Shown: in pieces, positions 34,591-44,451 of the stretch
Layout of the letters: each line of letters opens with the position of its first letter
Position numbering within the stretch: position 1 is the stretch's first letter
Notes under the pieces: generated by a model
Databases searched by the model: none
The model's input: only the letters and a program-made list of their open reading frames with translations
What the model was told of the DNA's origin: nothing
Virus record (IMG/VR): IMGVR_UViG_3300021959_000013
DNA: 64,000 nucleotides
Direction: 5' to 3' (one strand)
From: an uncultured virus (IMG/VR IMGVR_UViG_3300021959_000013)
Lineage: Duplodnaviria > Heunggongvirae > Uroviricota > Caudoviricetes
Program-made: the position numbers and the translations under genes

Positions 34591-35622
34591 ATGCCTACAC
34601 AAAATTTCGGTCAATCGGGTCAAATTGGTTTTGTTGGACCTTCAAGGCCAGGCGGAAAAGACCAAAATAAAGTAATAACAACAGAGACAGCTGTCGAACC
34701 TGAAGCTACTTTTTTTGATAGATATACAAAAAAGTTTAAAAATAGAGTTTCACAACAATTAGAAAAGTATACTCAAGAAAGAGTTGACATAAGTAAACTT
34801 CATCATTATTCTTATCCACTTGATATAAACGAAGGAGCAAAATCAGGATTACCATTTATACGATTTGGTATTAAACCTGCTACATCTACTGAAAGAGTAG
34901 CAATATTTTTATATCAGCCTCCTGGATTTTCAGTATCAGATGGCGCTAATTATGCCAATTTTGATGTTGGTAGTATAAAAGGTGGTTTAAATTTATTAAA
35001 CAGCGCAATGAGTGGTAAAGGACCTAATATAACAAATGCTGATATTGGAGCATTTGCTATGATGGGTAAAGATAAATTAATGGGTGGGTCAAGTACTATC
35101 GATAAAATAACAAGCTCCGGTGCTATTTCAATGGGTGTTGCAACTAATCCATATACAAGAACAGCATACGAAAGTACAAATGTAAGAGCTTTTAGTTTTA
35201 GTTTTAAATTAATTGCTGAAAATGAAAAAGAAAGTGAAATGGCAAAGTTGATTGAAAGAACTTTTCGAAAATTTTTATATCCAAAGAGAGCAGGTTCTGT
35301 TGCTTTAGTATATCCGCCATTAGTTGATATACAATTTTATTCTGAAGGTAGAATTAATGACTATATGCCGAAAATAAAACCATGTTATATAACATCTTTA
35401 GAATCAACGTTTAATGAAGGAAGCACTGCGTTCCATAAAGATACCGGTGCGCCATTAGAAGTTAATTTAACTCTTGGATTCCAAGAAGAAAGAGTATTAG
35501 TACGTCAAGATTTATATGAAACTGATGATTCTGTTAAAGAAAAAGAATTTGGATATTATACTCCAGAGCAAAGTGCATTTGTATCTACGACAGAAAACGT
35601 AGACGAAGGAGGAAAGTCTTAA
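34591..35622 (+). CDS. gp48: Baseplate tail-tube cap gp48-like
   Basis: YPLD, NPY....Y....R.FSFSFKL, YPP, C.I.S, L.FQE. Confidence 0.75.
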   Translation: MPTQNFGQSGQIGFVGPSRPGGKDQNKVITTETAVEPEATFFDRYTKKFKNRVSQQLEKYTQERVDISKLHHYSYPLDINEGAKSGLPFIRFGIKPATSTERVAIFLYQPPGFSVSDGANYANFDVGSIKGGLNLLNSAMSGKGPNITNADIGAFAMMGKDKLMGGSSTIDKITSSGAISMGVATNPYTRTAYESTNVRAFSFSFKLIAENEKESEMAKLIERTFRKFLYPKRAGSVALVYPPLVDIQFYSEGRINDYMPKIKPCYITSLESTFNEGSTAFHKDTGAPLEVNLTLGFQEERVLVRQDLYETDDSVKEKEFGYYTPEQSAFVSTTENVDEGGKS

Positions 35623-36402
35623 ATGTTTTTTAAACAATTTCCAAAAGTAGAATACGATTTTAATCGTACTGGTATTAAACAAAATATGGTCGACTTATTT
35701 AGAAGTGTAAGACCGTTACCATCTTTTTTAGATAATTTTTCAGGCTATAGTTTATATAATATAAAAAATGGTGAAAGGCCTGACCTAGTATCTGGTAGAT
35801 TATACGGTACATCGATGTATTATTGGACATTCTTTTTAGTTAATGACCATTTACATGATGGATACAGAGCGTGGCCAATGAGTCAAGAAGCTTTACAAGA
35901 GTATATGGCAACATCATATAACGGATTTGCAATAGAAACTAATCCTCAAGTACTTAATAACCATGAAAATAGTTTATCTGGTAGATTTAAAATGGGCGAA
36001 ACAGTTACTGGTTCTGTCAGTAGCGCATCAGGAAAAGTTACTAAAAAAATAGTCGATTTAAGTCAGTTAATTGTACAAGATACAACAGGTACATTTATAG
36101 GTTCATCAAACGGAGCTAAAGAATTAATTGTAGGAGCAACATCAGAAGATTCAGTTTCTACTTATAATGTATATAATTACATTGACGCTCCATACTATTA
36201 TCACAGAACAGACGATGCTCTTAAAAAACCAGTTACTAATAGTGACCATATTGTTGGGGGTGTATCACCAGCTAACTTATCTTTTGTTACAAACAGAGCG
36301 CATCTTGAAGAAACAAATGATAAGAATGCTCAAATAAGAGTTATCGATCCTTCTAGCATGACTGCTTTTATAAAATCATTTAAAGAATTACTTAACAGAT
36401 GA
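35623..36402 (+). CDS. gp53: Baseplate wedge subunit gp53
   Basis: FFKQFPKVEY, YNIKNGERPD.VS..LYG..YYWTF, WPMS. Confidence 0.88.
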   Translation: MFFKQFPKVEYDFNRTGIKQNMVDLFRSVRPLPSFLDNFSGYSLYNIKNGERPDLVSGRLYGTSMYYWTFFLVNDHLHDGYRAWPMSQEALQEYMATSYNGFAIETNPQVLNNHENSLSGRFKMGETVTGSVSSASGKVTKKIVDLSQLIVQDTTGTFIGSSNGAKELIVGATSEDSVSTYNVYNYIDAPYYYHRTDDALKKPVTNSDHIVGGVSPANLSFVTNRAHLEETNDKNAQIRVIDPSSMTAFIKSFKELLNR

Positions 36403-37733
36403 GTAACAACTATAATTCAGTCGGTAAAGATAACTTATCGGTATCTCCGAAGAGTTATAGTATTGACCAAGCTATTATTACAGCAAACAATGGACATGAA
36501 GTTGAATTAAAAAATATTGTTCATGATATAAAAATTCATGAAGGTTTACATCGTTCAGGTATAGTAGTAGAAATATTCTTAGTAGATACAGCTAACCTTA
36601 CAAATGAACTAAAATTATCTGGTAATGAAAAAATTCATTTAATAATTGCAAGAAATGAACCAAAACTTGGAGAACAAGGATTTGATTTAGAACTTTATAT
36701 TGCTGATATAACAAATTTTTCTGAACCAACACCAGCATCTAAATCTTATACTCTTGTATGTGTTTCTAAACATATGTATTTAAATAATAAAAAACTTTTA
36801 GATGGAGCGTTTCAAGGAACACCTCGAGCTTTGGTATCTCAAATAGTAAAAACTAATCTTGACTCAAAATTACAAGTAAGTGCTTCAACAAAAGGTATTA
36901 TAAAAGGTATATACCCTAATATACAGCCACTTCAAGCTATTAGTTGGCTCTTAAGAAATTCTTTTGATGATAATACTCAAATATATTTTTATGAATCAGC
37001 AAAATTTGGATTAGTTTTAACATCATATGCATCGATACTTAATCAAAATGAAGTATATGGAAACTATAACAGAAATCCTAATCCAACTGAGACAATGTAT
37101 AATAGTAAAGAAGAAAAAATGTTTGAAGAAGAAAGACTTAAAATACAAAAAATGGCATCTTCATTAAATGTTTCTAAATTAAATGCATCTTCAAAAGGAA
37201 CTTTTGGAGGAGTTTTAAATAAATTAGATATATCAACTAAAACAAGAAGTGATAAAACCGTTCAATATGATACTCCTAAGATAAGATTAAATACCTTTGC
37301 GCCAATAAATGATAAGATGACTATCGATGGTCAAAAGATTACTGATTTTAAAAAATTTAAACAGCATTGGATAACATATAACGCTAATGCATTTGATAAT
37401 CATCAGAATTATCATAATCCGACTCAAGATGAAGCATTATTAAGAAGTAGAATGAGTATTAATAATTTAGATACTACAGTAGTTGACCTTAATTTAACTG
37501 GCGATTTTAACTTAGCTCCTGGTTTAATTATTAGTCTTGCTATATTAAAACAAGCTGATGTATCAGAAGAACTTTCAAATAAAGAAGGAGCTGATGGAGA
37601 AATATTTGATAATTATGTAAGTGGTGCTTATCTTGTATCAAGTATTACACATCATTTTGGTAAAGAAGGTTATAATATAAATGCTAAAGTTAAAAAAGAT
37701 TCATTTATTGAAGAACAAATAAGAGGTAAATAA
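36399..37733 (+). CDS. Baseplate hub protein (gp27-like)
   Basis: Between gp53 and gp5; YFYES, GDF.L.PG, SGAYLVSSITHHF. Confidence 0.7.
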   Translation: MSNNYNSVGKDNLSVSPKSYSIDQAIITANNGHEVELKNIVHDIKIHEGLHRSGIVVEIFLVDTANLTNELKLSGNEKIHLIIARNEPKLGEQGFDLELYIADITNFSEPTPASKSYTLVCVSKHMYLNNKKLLDGAFQGTPRALVSQIVKTNLDSKLQVSASTKGIIKGIYPNIQPLQAISWLLRNSFDDNTQIYFYESAKFGLVLTSYASILNQNEVYGNYNRNPNPTETMYNSKEEKMFEEERLKIQKMASSLNVSKLNASSKGTFGGVLNKLDISTKTRSDKTVQYDTPKIRLNTFAPINDKMTIDGQKITDFKKFKQHWITYNANAFDNHQNYHNPTQDEALLRSRMSINNLDTTVVDLNLTGDFNLAPGLIISLAILKQADVSEELSNKEGADGEIFDNYVSGAYLVSSITHHFGKEGYNINAKVKKDSFIEEQIRGK

Positions 37734-38239
37734 TGTTTGATAGGAAGGTAGACCAATTTAAAAACGGAGTCTTTACATGGTTTATTGGCGAAGTAAAAGA
37801 TATTAATGATACTAAAAATTTAAATAGAGTAAGAGTACATGCTTATGGATATTATGACGGAGTAGTAAATAATGGAGATTATCCCTGGGCAACTGTTATG
37901 ATGCCAACAACATCAGCATCTATTAAAGGTAATGGTGGTAATCATCACTTAGAAGTTGGTTCATGGGTAGTAGGATTCTTTGCAGATGGTCCATCAGCTC
38001 AAGACCCTATAGTTATGGGTTCAATCGCTACACAAACAAATGGAACACAAGATATACCAAGTGACGCATCAGTAGATAATAAAGTATATGAATCAAAAGC
38101 TGGTCATTTAATTGAAATTGATAATAAAGATGGTTCAGAGGAAATAAGAATTACACACGGTAAAAAAGATTCACATATTAAAATGAAAAGTGATGGCTCT
38201 ATTGAAATAAAATCAGTTGTTAAAACAACAATATTATAA
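37733..38239 (+). CDS. gp5: Short gp5/VgrG OB-fold spike protein
   Basis: WFIGEV.DI.D...RVRV..YGY, PWA, GSWVVGFFADG..AQ.PIVMGSI, ESKAGHLIEID; only 168 aa. Confidence 0.85.
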   Translation: MFDRKVDQFKNGVFTWFIGEVKDINDTKNLNRVRVHAYGYYDGVVNNGDYPWATVMMPTTSASIKGNGGNHHLEVGSWVVGFFADGPSAQDPIVMGSIATQTNGTQDIPSDASVDNKVYESKAGHLIEIDNKDGSEEIRITHGKKDSHIKMKSDGSIEIKSVVKTTIL

Positions 38240-39240
38240 TGTCGACGCCAAATATTACATTGCCACAAATAGAATGTCCTGATGTTTTATTACCTACTCC
38301 AGCTAATTTAAGAAACTTATTTAGTGGATTAGCTACACATGCTTATCGTTATGAGATTGATGAATTAAAAAAAACTCTTGAAGATATAAGAAAGTTAATA
38401 AGTTCTGTCGACCCTAAGTTTGAAAAGATAGAAATACCAGAAATAGAATGGGAATTAATGATAACTAAGTTATCAGCTGATTTTCCAATGTATGTACAAA
38501 AACAAATACTTGAATTAATAAATGCTTTGTTTCCTATTGACTTTAATGTGACTATATTAGGCATACAAATTAATATAATTGATTTTTTAACTGACCCAAG
38601 TAGTGTTTTAGATAATATAAAATTAGAAGAGATTGATAGTATATATGATTTAATACCAGATGAATATAAAATATGGGATAAATTTGAAACAGCTGATTTT
38701 AAAAAAGAAACTGTAACAAATTATATACGTTCTGAAGTTGCAAAGAAAATGAATCTCTTATTAACTGGTGGATTCTCTGGTCTTATAGATTTATTTGATG
38801 AAATATGGGACGCATTAGAATTACCATCATTTCCTGGATTACAAGAAATAGATTTAGAAGCTTTAATACGAGATAAAACAATAGAAGAATTAGAACAGGT
38901 ACAAATATTTGGATTTAGTTTATTAGATTTATTAGGTGGAGAGTTTGATGATAAGGTAGAAATACCAGAGTTTCAAAAAGAAAGATTATTAAAAAGAGCA
39001 AGAGAGTTTACAGAGGAATGGCAAACATATCTTATAAAACTATGGATTCAAAAGGTTGAGGATTTTTTTAATGCTATAGGATTAGGTGCAATAATTGATT
39101 TAATTACATTTAGTTTCTGTGATTACTTAAAGGTAATAGGCTTTCCATCAACAATAGATTTACCAGAATCAGTACAAACATTAATTAATAACACACAAAG
39201 TCAACTTCCTAACACAACAGTTGAGCAAGGAAGCAATTAA
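38239..39240 (+). CDS. Acidic helical hypothetical baseplate-region protein
   Basis: 333 aa, coupled to gp5 by TAATG. Confidence 0.75.
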   Translation: MSTPNITLPQIECPDVLLPTPANLRNLFSGLATHAYRYEIDELKKTLEDIRKLISSVDPKFEKIEIPEIEWELMITKLSADFPMYVQKQILELINALFPIDFNVTILGIQINIIDFLTDPSSVLDNIKLEEIDSIYDLIPDEYKIWDKFETADFKKETVTNYIRSEVAKKMNLLLTGGFSGLIDLFDEIWDALELPSFPGLQEIDLEALIRDKTIEELEQVQIFGFSLLDLLGGEFDDKVEIPEFQKERLLKRAREFTEEWQTYLIKLWIQKVEDFFNAIGLGAIIDLITFSFCDYLKVIGFPSTIDLPESVQTLINNTQSQLPNTTVEQGSN

Positions 39241-39244
39241 AGAG

Positions 39245-39252
39245 TATAAATA
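39245..39252 (+). promoter_or_regulatory. T4-type late promoter
   Basis: TATAAATA immediately upstream of gp25. Confidence 0.75.
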
Positions 39253-39257
39253 GTATT

Positions 39258-39707
39258 ATGGCAGGATTATATACAGGCGACAAGCAAATATCGGGCGATT
39301 TAGAGCAGGCAAGAAATGTTTCTAGAAAAAAAGCTCATCGCGATTTAGATTTATCTTTAAAGATTCATCCTATACGTAAAGATATTATACCTTTAAAAGA
39401 CGATGCTGCTATTAAGAATGCAATAAAAAATTTACTTATAACTAATTTTTATGAAAGACCGTTTGCAGATGATTTAGGAGCTAATCTGAGAGGATTACTT
39501 TTTGAACCTGCTGGGATAATAACAAACATAGAATTAAGAAGTAATATAAGAGATGTTATAGAAAAGTATGAACCAAGAGTATCAGTCACAAGTATCGATA
39601 TAACTGATAATATACCTAGGAATGAATATCTTATAGAAGTTTTTTTTAATATAAAAGGAATCAACGTAGAACAAGTCGTTGAAATACCACTTAGAAGGTT
39701 AAGATAA
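39258..39707 (+). CDS. gp25: Baseplate wedge subunit gp25
   Basis: DLDL, AIKNAIKNLL.TNFYERPF, LLFEP, YEPRV. Confidence 0.92.
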   Translation: MAGLYTGDKQISGDLEQARNVSRKKAHRDLDLSLKIHPIRKDIIPLKDDAAIKNAIKNLLITNFYERPFADDLGANLRGLLFEPAGIITNIELRSNIRDVIEKYEPRVSVTSIDITDNIPRNEYLIEVFFNIKGINVEQVVEIPLRRLR

Positions 39708-39708
39708 A

Positions 39709-41550
39709 ATGGCAACAAATTTAAATGTAACGGAACTAGATTTTGCAGATATAAAAAATAATCTCAAAAACTTTTTAAAACAACAAACAGAATTTAATGA
39801 TTATGACTTTGAAGGTTCAGGCCTTAATGTCTTATTAGATGTATTAGCTTATAATACTCATTATAATGCTTTAAATGCTCATTACTCATTAAATGAATCG
39901 TTTTTAGATTCAGCTCAGATAAGAGGTAATGTCGTAACAAGAGCTAAGTTATTAGGATATACACCTAGGTCTGTTTTATCTCCAAGAGCTACAGTTAATA
40001 TTGTTGTTACTAAACCAAATTCAGGTACTATACCAACAGTATTAGAACTTACAAAAGGGACTAAATTAAATACAGTTGTAAGTGGAGAAGAATTTCAGTT
40101 TGTTGTTTTAAATACTCAACAAGCTACGTTAAGTGGTTCAACATGGACATTTAATAATGTCACTCTTGTTGAAGGAACTTCAAGAGAATTAAAATATAGA
40201 GTTGATAATGATATAGAAAATCAGAAATTTCAACTCTCTGACTTTGATGCTGATACAAGCACGTTACGCGTACGTGTACAGGCGAATGAGGAATCAACAG
40301 CATTTGACGTATATACAAAATTTGAAACATTAAAAGGTGTAGATTCTACATCAAAGGTTTATTACTTACAAGAAAATCCAAGCGGTTATTATGAAGTATA
40401 CTTTGGTGATGGCGTAACTGGATTTAAACCAACTAATAATAATATCGTAACAGTTGATTATGTAACCACTAAAGGTACTGAAAGTAATGGTGCAAATTTA
40501 TTTACAATGGTTGATGATATTGGTACATTTGATAATATTGCAGTATCATTAGTTGCAGCAGCTGCTGGTGGAGCTGAAGAAGAAACAATGGAGTCAATAA
40601 GATTTAACGCTCCTCTTACTTTTATATCACAAAACAGAGCAGTAACAGCTGATGACTATGCAGCAATTATTAAAAAGGAATTTAGTAATATAGATTCTAT
40701 CTCAACATGGGGTGGTGAAGATAATGACCCACCTGACTATGGAAGAGTATATGTTTGTATTAAACCTTTATTAGCAGAAACACTTACAACAGCAGAAAAA
40801 ACAAATATTACCGGAGCTATTTTAAAAGGTAAGAATGTTGTATCAATTACTCCACAAATAGTAGACCCTAACTTTACTTATTTAGAATTAGATGTATCAT
40901 TTAAATATAATCCTAATTTAACAGATAGAAGTTCTGTAGATTTACAATCAGTAGTAAGAGATACTATAACAGATTATAACTTTAATAATTTAAATAAATT
41001 TGATGGTGTATTTAGACACTCACAGTTAACAAGAAATATAGATAACAGTGACCCAGCTATATTAAATACAACAGTAAGACCGAGAATGTTTCAAAATATT
41101 ACACCGGCAAATAATGCATTAAATAACTTTAGTTTAAGTTTTTCATCTCCTTTTTTCCAGTCAGGTAATTCAAGTGCATTTTTAATATCATCTTCAGCTT
41201 TTAAAATAAATAACGTCGACCATTTCTTTGGTGATGAGCCTATTACTGATTCTACTAAAAGAAATGTAATTGTTTATAAAGTAGTGAATGAAGTTAATAC
41301 AACTGTGATTAAAAGCGCTGGTGAAATAGATGTAAATAAAGGTACTATTCTTTTAAATAACTTTACGCCTGATACCACTGATAATATTAAAATTACTGTA
41401 TTACCTAACTCACTAGATTTAGGACCAAAGAGAGACCAATTAATATCAATTGACAATAGTTTTGTAGTTATAACTCCAGAAATAGATACAATTGCAGTTG
41501 CTGGTTCAGCCGGTTCTATAGACTATACAACAACATCAAGATTTAAGTAA
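39709..41550 (+). CDS. gp6: Baseplate wedge subunit gp6
   Basis: LDF.DIK.NLK.FL, DYDFEGSGL.VLLDVLAYNTHY, FGDG, QNRAVT.DDY, WGGEDN.PP.YG.V. Confidence 0.95.
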   Translation: MATNLNVTELDFADIKNNLKNFLKQQTEFNDYDFEGSGLNVLLDVLAYNTHYNALNAHYSLNESFLDSAQIRGNVVTRAKLLGYTPRSVLSPRATVNIVVTKPNSGTIPTVLELTKGTKLNTVVSGEEFQFVVLNTQQATLSGSTWTFNNVTLVEGTSRELKYRVDNDIENQKFQLSDFDADTSTLRVRVQANEESTAFDVYTKFETLKGVDSTSKVYYLQENPSGYYEVYFGDGVTGFKPTNNNIVTVDYVTTKGTESNGANLFTMVDDIGTFDNIAVSLVAAAAGGAEEETMESIRFNAPLTFISQNRAVTADDYAAIIKKEFSNIDSISTWGGEDNDPPDYGRVYVCIKPLLAETLTTAEKTNITGAILKGKNVVSITPQIVDPNFTYLELDVSFKYNPNLTDRSSVDLQSVVRDTITDYNFNNLNKFDGVFRHSQLTRNIDNSDPAILNTTVRPRMFQNITPANNALNNFSLSFSSPFFQSGNSSAFLISSSAFKINNVDHFFGDEPITDSTKRNVIVYKVVNEVNTTVIKSAGEIDVNKGTILLNNFTPDTTDNIKITVLPNSLDLGPKRDQLISIDNSFVVITPEIDTIAVAGSAGSIDYTTTSRFK

Positions 41551-44438
41551 TGGGATATAAAAAAACATTAACTCCTGGAGCGATTGAACTCGAACAAGGA
41601 ACTCTGTCTCAAACGAAAGAAGATATTCGTTTAGACCAAATAATACCATCCGAAATATTAGAAAATAAAGATAAGCTAGATAAATTCTTACAAGCTTATT
41701 ATACATTTATGAATATGGATGAATTTATTTATCAAGAAAATAATGTTTTTACAGATGTTGTATTAAATGGCCAAGCACAATTTAGAATACCTGACCCTAA
41801 TAACGAAAATAATAAATTTTTTACAGATGAAACTGGTGCAGGGTCATCTCTTGTTTTAACAGCTCCTGATGGTACAACAACTAATATAACTTTAACTGAT
41901 GTCAATGTAGCAATAACAAATGGTAATGAACTACCTGGGACACTCGTTAATTCAACATCTGAAATAGGTAAAACATTTACTGTTAACGGTTTATCAGCTC
42001 ATAATAACTCTTCAGCTAAATTAACAACAATACAAAAGAATTGGGTAGGTCCAGGTCCATCATATGTAATGAATACTATTGAACAGGCAATGGATATTGA
42101 TACAAATAGCGAAGGTTATTTAGAATTAATGCAAAAAGAAATTGCTGCTACAATTCCAAGAGGAGTTACGGTAGATAAAAGAACTCTTTATAAACAAATT
42201 ATAGATTTTTATAGATTAAGAGGTACATCAGATTCTATTGAGATATTTTTTAAAATATTATTTAATGATATTGCTGAAGTAGAGTTTCCTTATGATAAAG
42301 TATTAATACCATCATCTGGTAATTGGGATGTTAACGCAGCTCTTCCAAAAGGTGGACAATATTTAGATAATAAAGGATTCTTATCTGATAGTATTGTAGT
42401 ACAAGATAGTAAAAAATATCAAAAGTTTTCTTATTTAATTAAGACTGGTAAAAATTTAGCCGATTGGGACTTATCATATAATAGATTAGTTCACCCAGCT
42501 GGATTTATTTACTTTGCAGAGATATTAGTATTCTTACAATTAACAAAAGCTGTATTAGGAGAAGATGTTTTTAATCCTAATGGTTATGTAGACCTAGCTC
42601 CAAACGGAGAACCTTCTGGTAGAAAAAGAACAGATGATTTAGGATTAGCAATAAGGAAAGTTTTATCAGCGATACCAGATAGACAGCCAGGTATTATAGG
42701 ACCAGAAGATGTTCCAATACTTGTTGAGATGTTTGTTTCAGCTTTCTTACCTACTATTACAGCAAAGGTTCATAAATCAGGTACTGTTTCAGTTGATTTA
42801 AAAAATGGTATAATAAATGGAACATCAATAACATCTGGCGGTACAGGTTATACAGCAGTTCCTGTTATAACTTCATCAGATAGTGGAACTCCATCAGGAT
42901 TTACAACAGCAACATTAACAGCTGTTCTTACAAATGGTTCAGTATCTTCAATAACAATAGGTAATGGTGGTAAAGATTATAATACAGCAGTTTTAAGTAT
43001 TGCTGCTCCAACAGCTCAAACATTTAATGGTTCAAGTAGTTCAATTGTAAGTACTTCAAATAATAATATTACACTTACTGCAACTCAAAAAAATTCATGG
43101 GTAGCAAATGATAGTATTACATATAATAGTGGTGGAGGAACATCAATTGGTGGATTAGTTTCTGGTACAACATACTTTGTTAAAACAATATCAGGCAATG
43201 CTATTTCTTTATCAGCAACAGCAGGCGGAGCAGAACTTAATATATCAGGAGTTGGTTCCGGAACATCACACACATTTACAGGAGCAACTGCAACTGCAAC
43301 TGCCGCAACTTTAAACGGAGCTTTGGAAGCACTTACAATAGGAGAGCCAGGATTTGGTTATACTGGTTCGTCACTGACAATCACTTTTAATGGTATATCC
43401 CTCCCAGGACTTTCTGGCGTTGCACCGTCGGTGACGGTAGGTTTAGACGCTTTAGGAAGACTAAACAAAGATGTTATAACTGTTAACTCAGAAGGTAGCA
43501 ATTGGCAAAATTTAGTTGGAACAGCTCCAGCAAATCCAAATGCAACTAAAATAGCATCTGTTGATGTTGTAGGATTGGCAGATAAAAACTTTTTAGTAGC
43601 TCCAACAATTTCTTTTCCAATACCACAATCAAAAGATGCGACAGGAGCTTTCTTATCTACAAACGTAACGGCAACAGCAGTATTTACTATAGATAGCGAC
43701 GGAGAGATAACCGGTACAACAATAACAAATGCAGGAAGTGGATATATTAATGACCCTATTCTTACAATTGGAAGTCAAGCAAATAATGAAGTAAGAATAG
43801 CAGACCAACAAGAGATAATAGAAGTTAATTGTAATCATAATCATGTAGATACATTAATAACAGAAGTTAAAACAAATCCAGTACAAGCAACTGGTTCTCA
43901 AGATGGAGCAACATTATTTGACAGTGGCAGAATTAGAGATGGTGTAATAGGAATAGTAAACGGTGTTTCGATAGGAGCTGGAGGTAGTGGATATACTTCA
44001 GCAACGGTACAATTTAATGGAGGAGGAGCATCTGTTCCAGCCACTGGTACCGTTACTCTTTCAGGTGGTGCAGTTTCTGGTATTTCCATAACTAGTGGAG
44101 GATATGGTTATACATCAGTTCCAACAGTAGTAATTAGTGGAGATGGAAGTAGCGCTGCTGCAACAGCAACTGTTAATTTAAATTGGACTATATCTCAGTC
44201 ATCAAGTTCAGCTAATAAAAAATTACCAGAGTCTAAAGTTAAAGTAGTAAATGCAAGTTTTAGAACTGTTATAAATAATAATTACATACAAAGAAAAGGC
44301 ACAGATAATTTTTATAATACAGCTAGGCTTTATAATAGTAACCAAACAATTGAGTTTTTAGGTAGTAAAACATTGCAAACTATCGACTCAAGTGATATAA
44401 ATAATAATAACACAAGTACTTTTGTACATATAGAATAA
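41550..44438 (+). CDS. gp7: Baseplate wedge initiator gp7-like
   Basis: FY..RGT..SI..FFKILF, QDS..YQKFSY, LVHPAGF; G.GYT repeats. Confidence 0.8.
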   Translation: MGYKKTLTPGAIELEQGTLSQTKEDIRLDQIIPSEILENKDKLDKFLQAYYTFMNMDEFIYQENNVFTDVVLNGQAQFRIPDPNNENNKFFTDETGAGSSLVLTAPDGTTTNITLTDVNVAITNGNELPGTLVNSTSEIGKTFTVNGLSAHNNSSAKLTTIQKNWVGPGPSYVMNTIEQAMDIDTNSEGYLELMQKEIAATIPRGVTVDKRTLYKQIIDFYRLRGTSDSIEIFFKILFNDIAEVEFPYDKVLIPSSGNWDVNAALPKGGQYLDNKGFLSDSIVVQDSKKYQKFSYLIKTGKNLADWDLSYNRLVHPAGFIYFAEILVFLQLTKAVLGEDVFNPNGYVDLAPNGEPSGRKRTDDLGLAIRKVLSAIPDRQPGIIGPEDVPILVEMFVSAFLPTITAKVHKSGTVSVDLKNGIINGTSITSGGTGYTAVPVITSSDSGTPSGFTTATLTAVLTNGSVSSITIGNGGKDYNTAVLSIAAPTAQTFNGSSSSIVSTSNNNITLTATQKNSWVANDSITYNSGGGTSIGGLVSGTTYFVKTISGNAISLSATAGGAELNISGVGSGTSHTFTGATATATAATLNGALEALTIGEPGFGYTGSSLTITFNGISLPGLSGVAPSVTVGLDALGRLNKDVITVNSEGSNWQNLVGTAPANPNATKIASVDVVGLADKNFLVAPTISFPIPQSKDATGAFLSTNVTATAVFTIDSDGEITGTTITNAGSGYINDPILTIGSQANNEVRIADQQEIIEVNCNHNHVDTLITEVKTNPVQATGSQDGATLFDSGRIRDGVIGIVNGVSIGAGGSGYTSATVQFNGGGASVPATGTVTLSGGAVSGISITSGGYGYTSVPTVVISGDGSSAAATATVNLNWTISQSSSSANKKLPESKVKVVNASFRTVINNNYIQRKGTDNFYNTARLYNSNQTIEFLGSKTLQTIDSSDINNNNTSTFVHIE

Positions 44439-44451
44439 CCAGGATAGAAGA

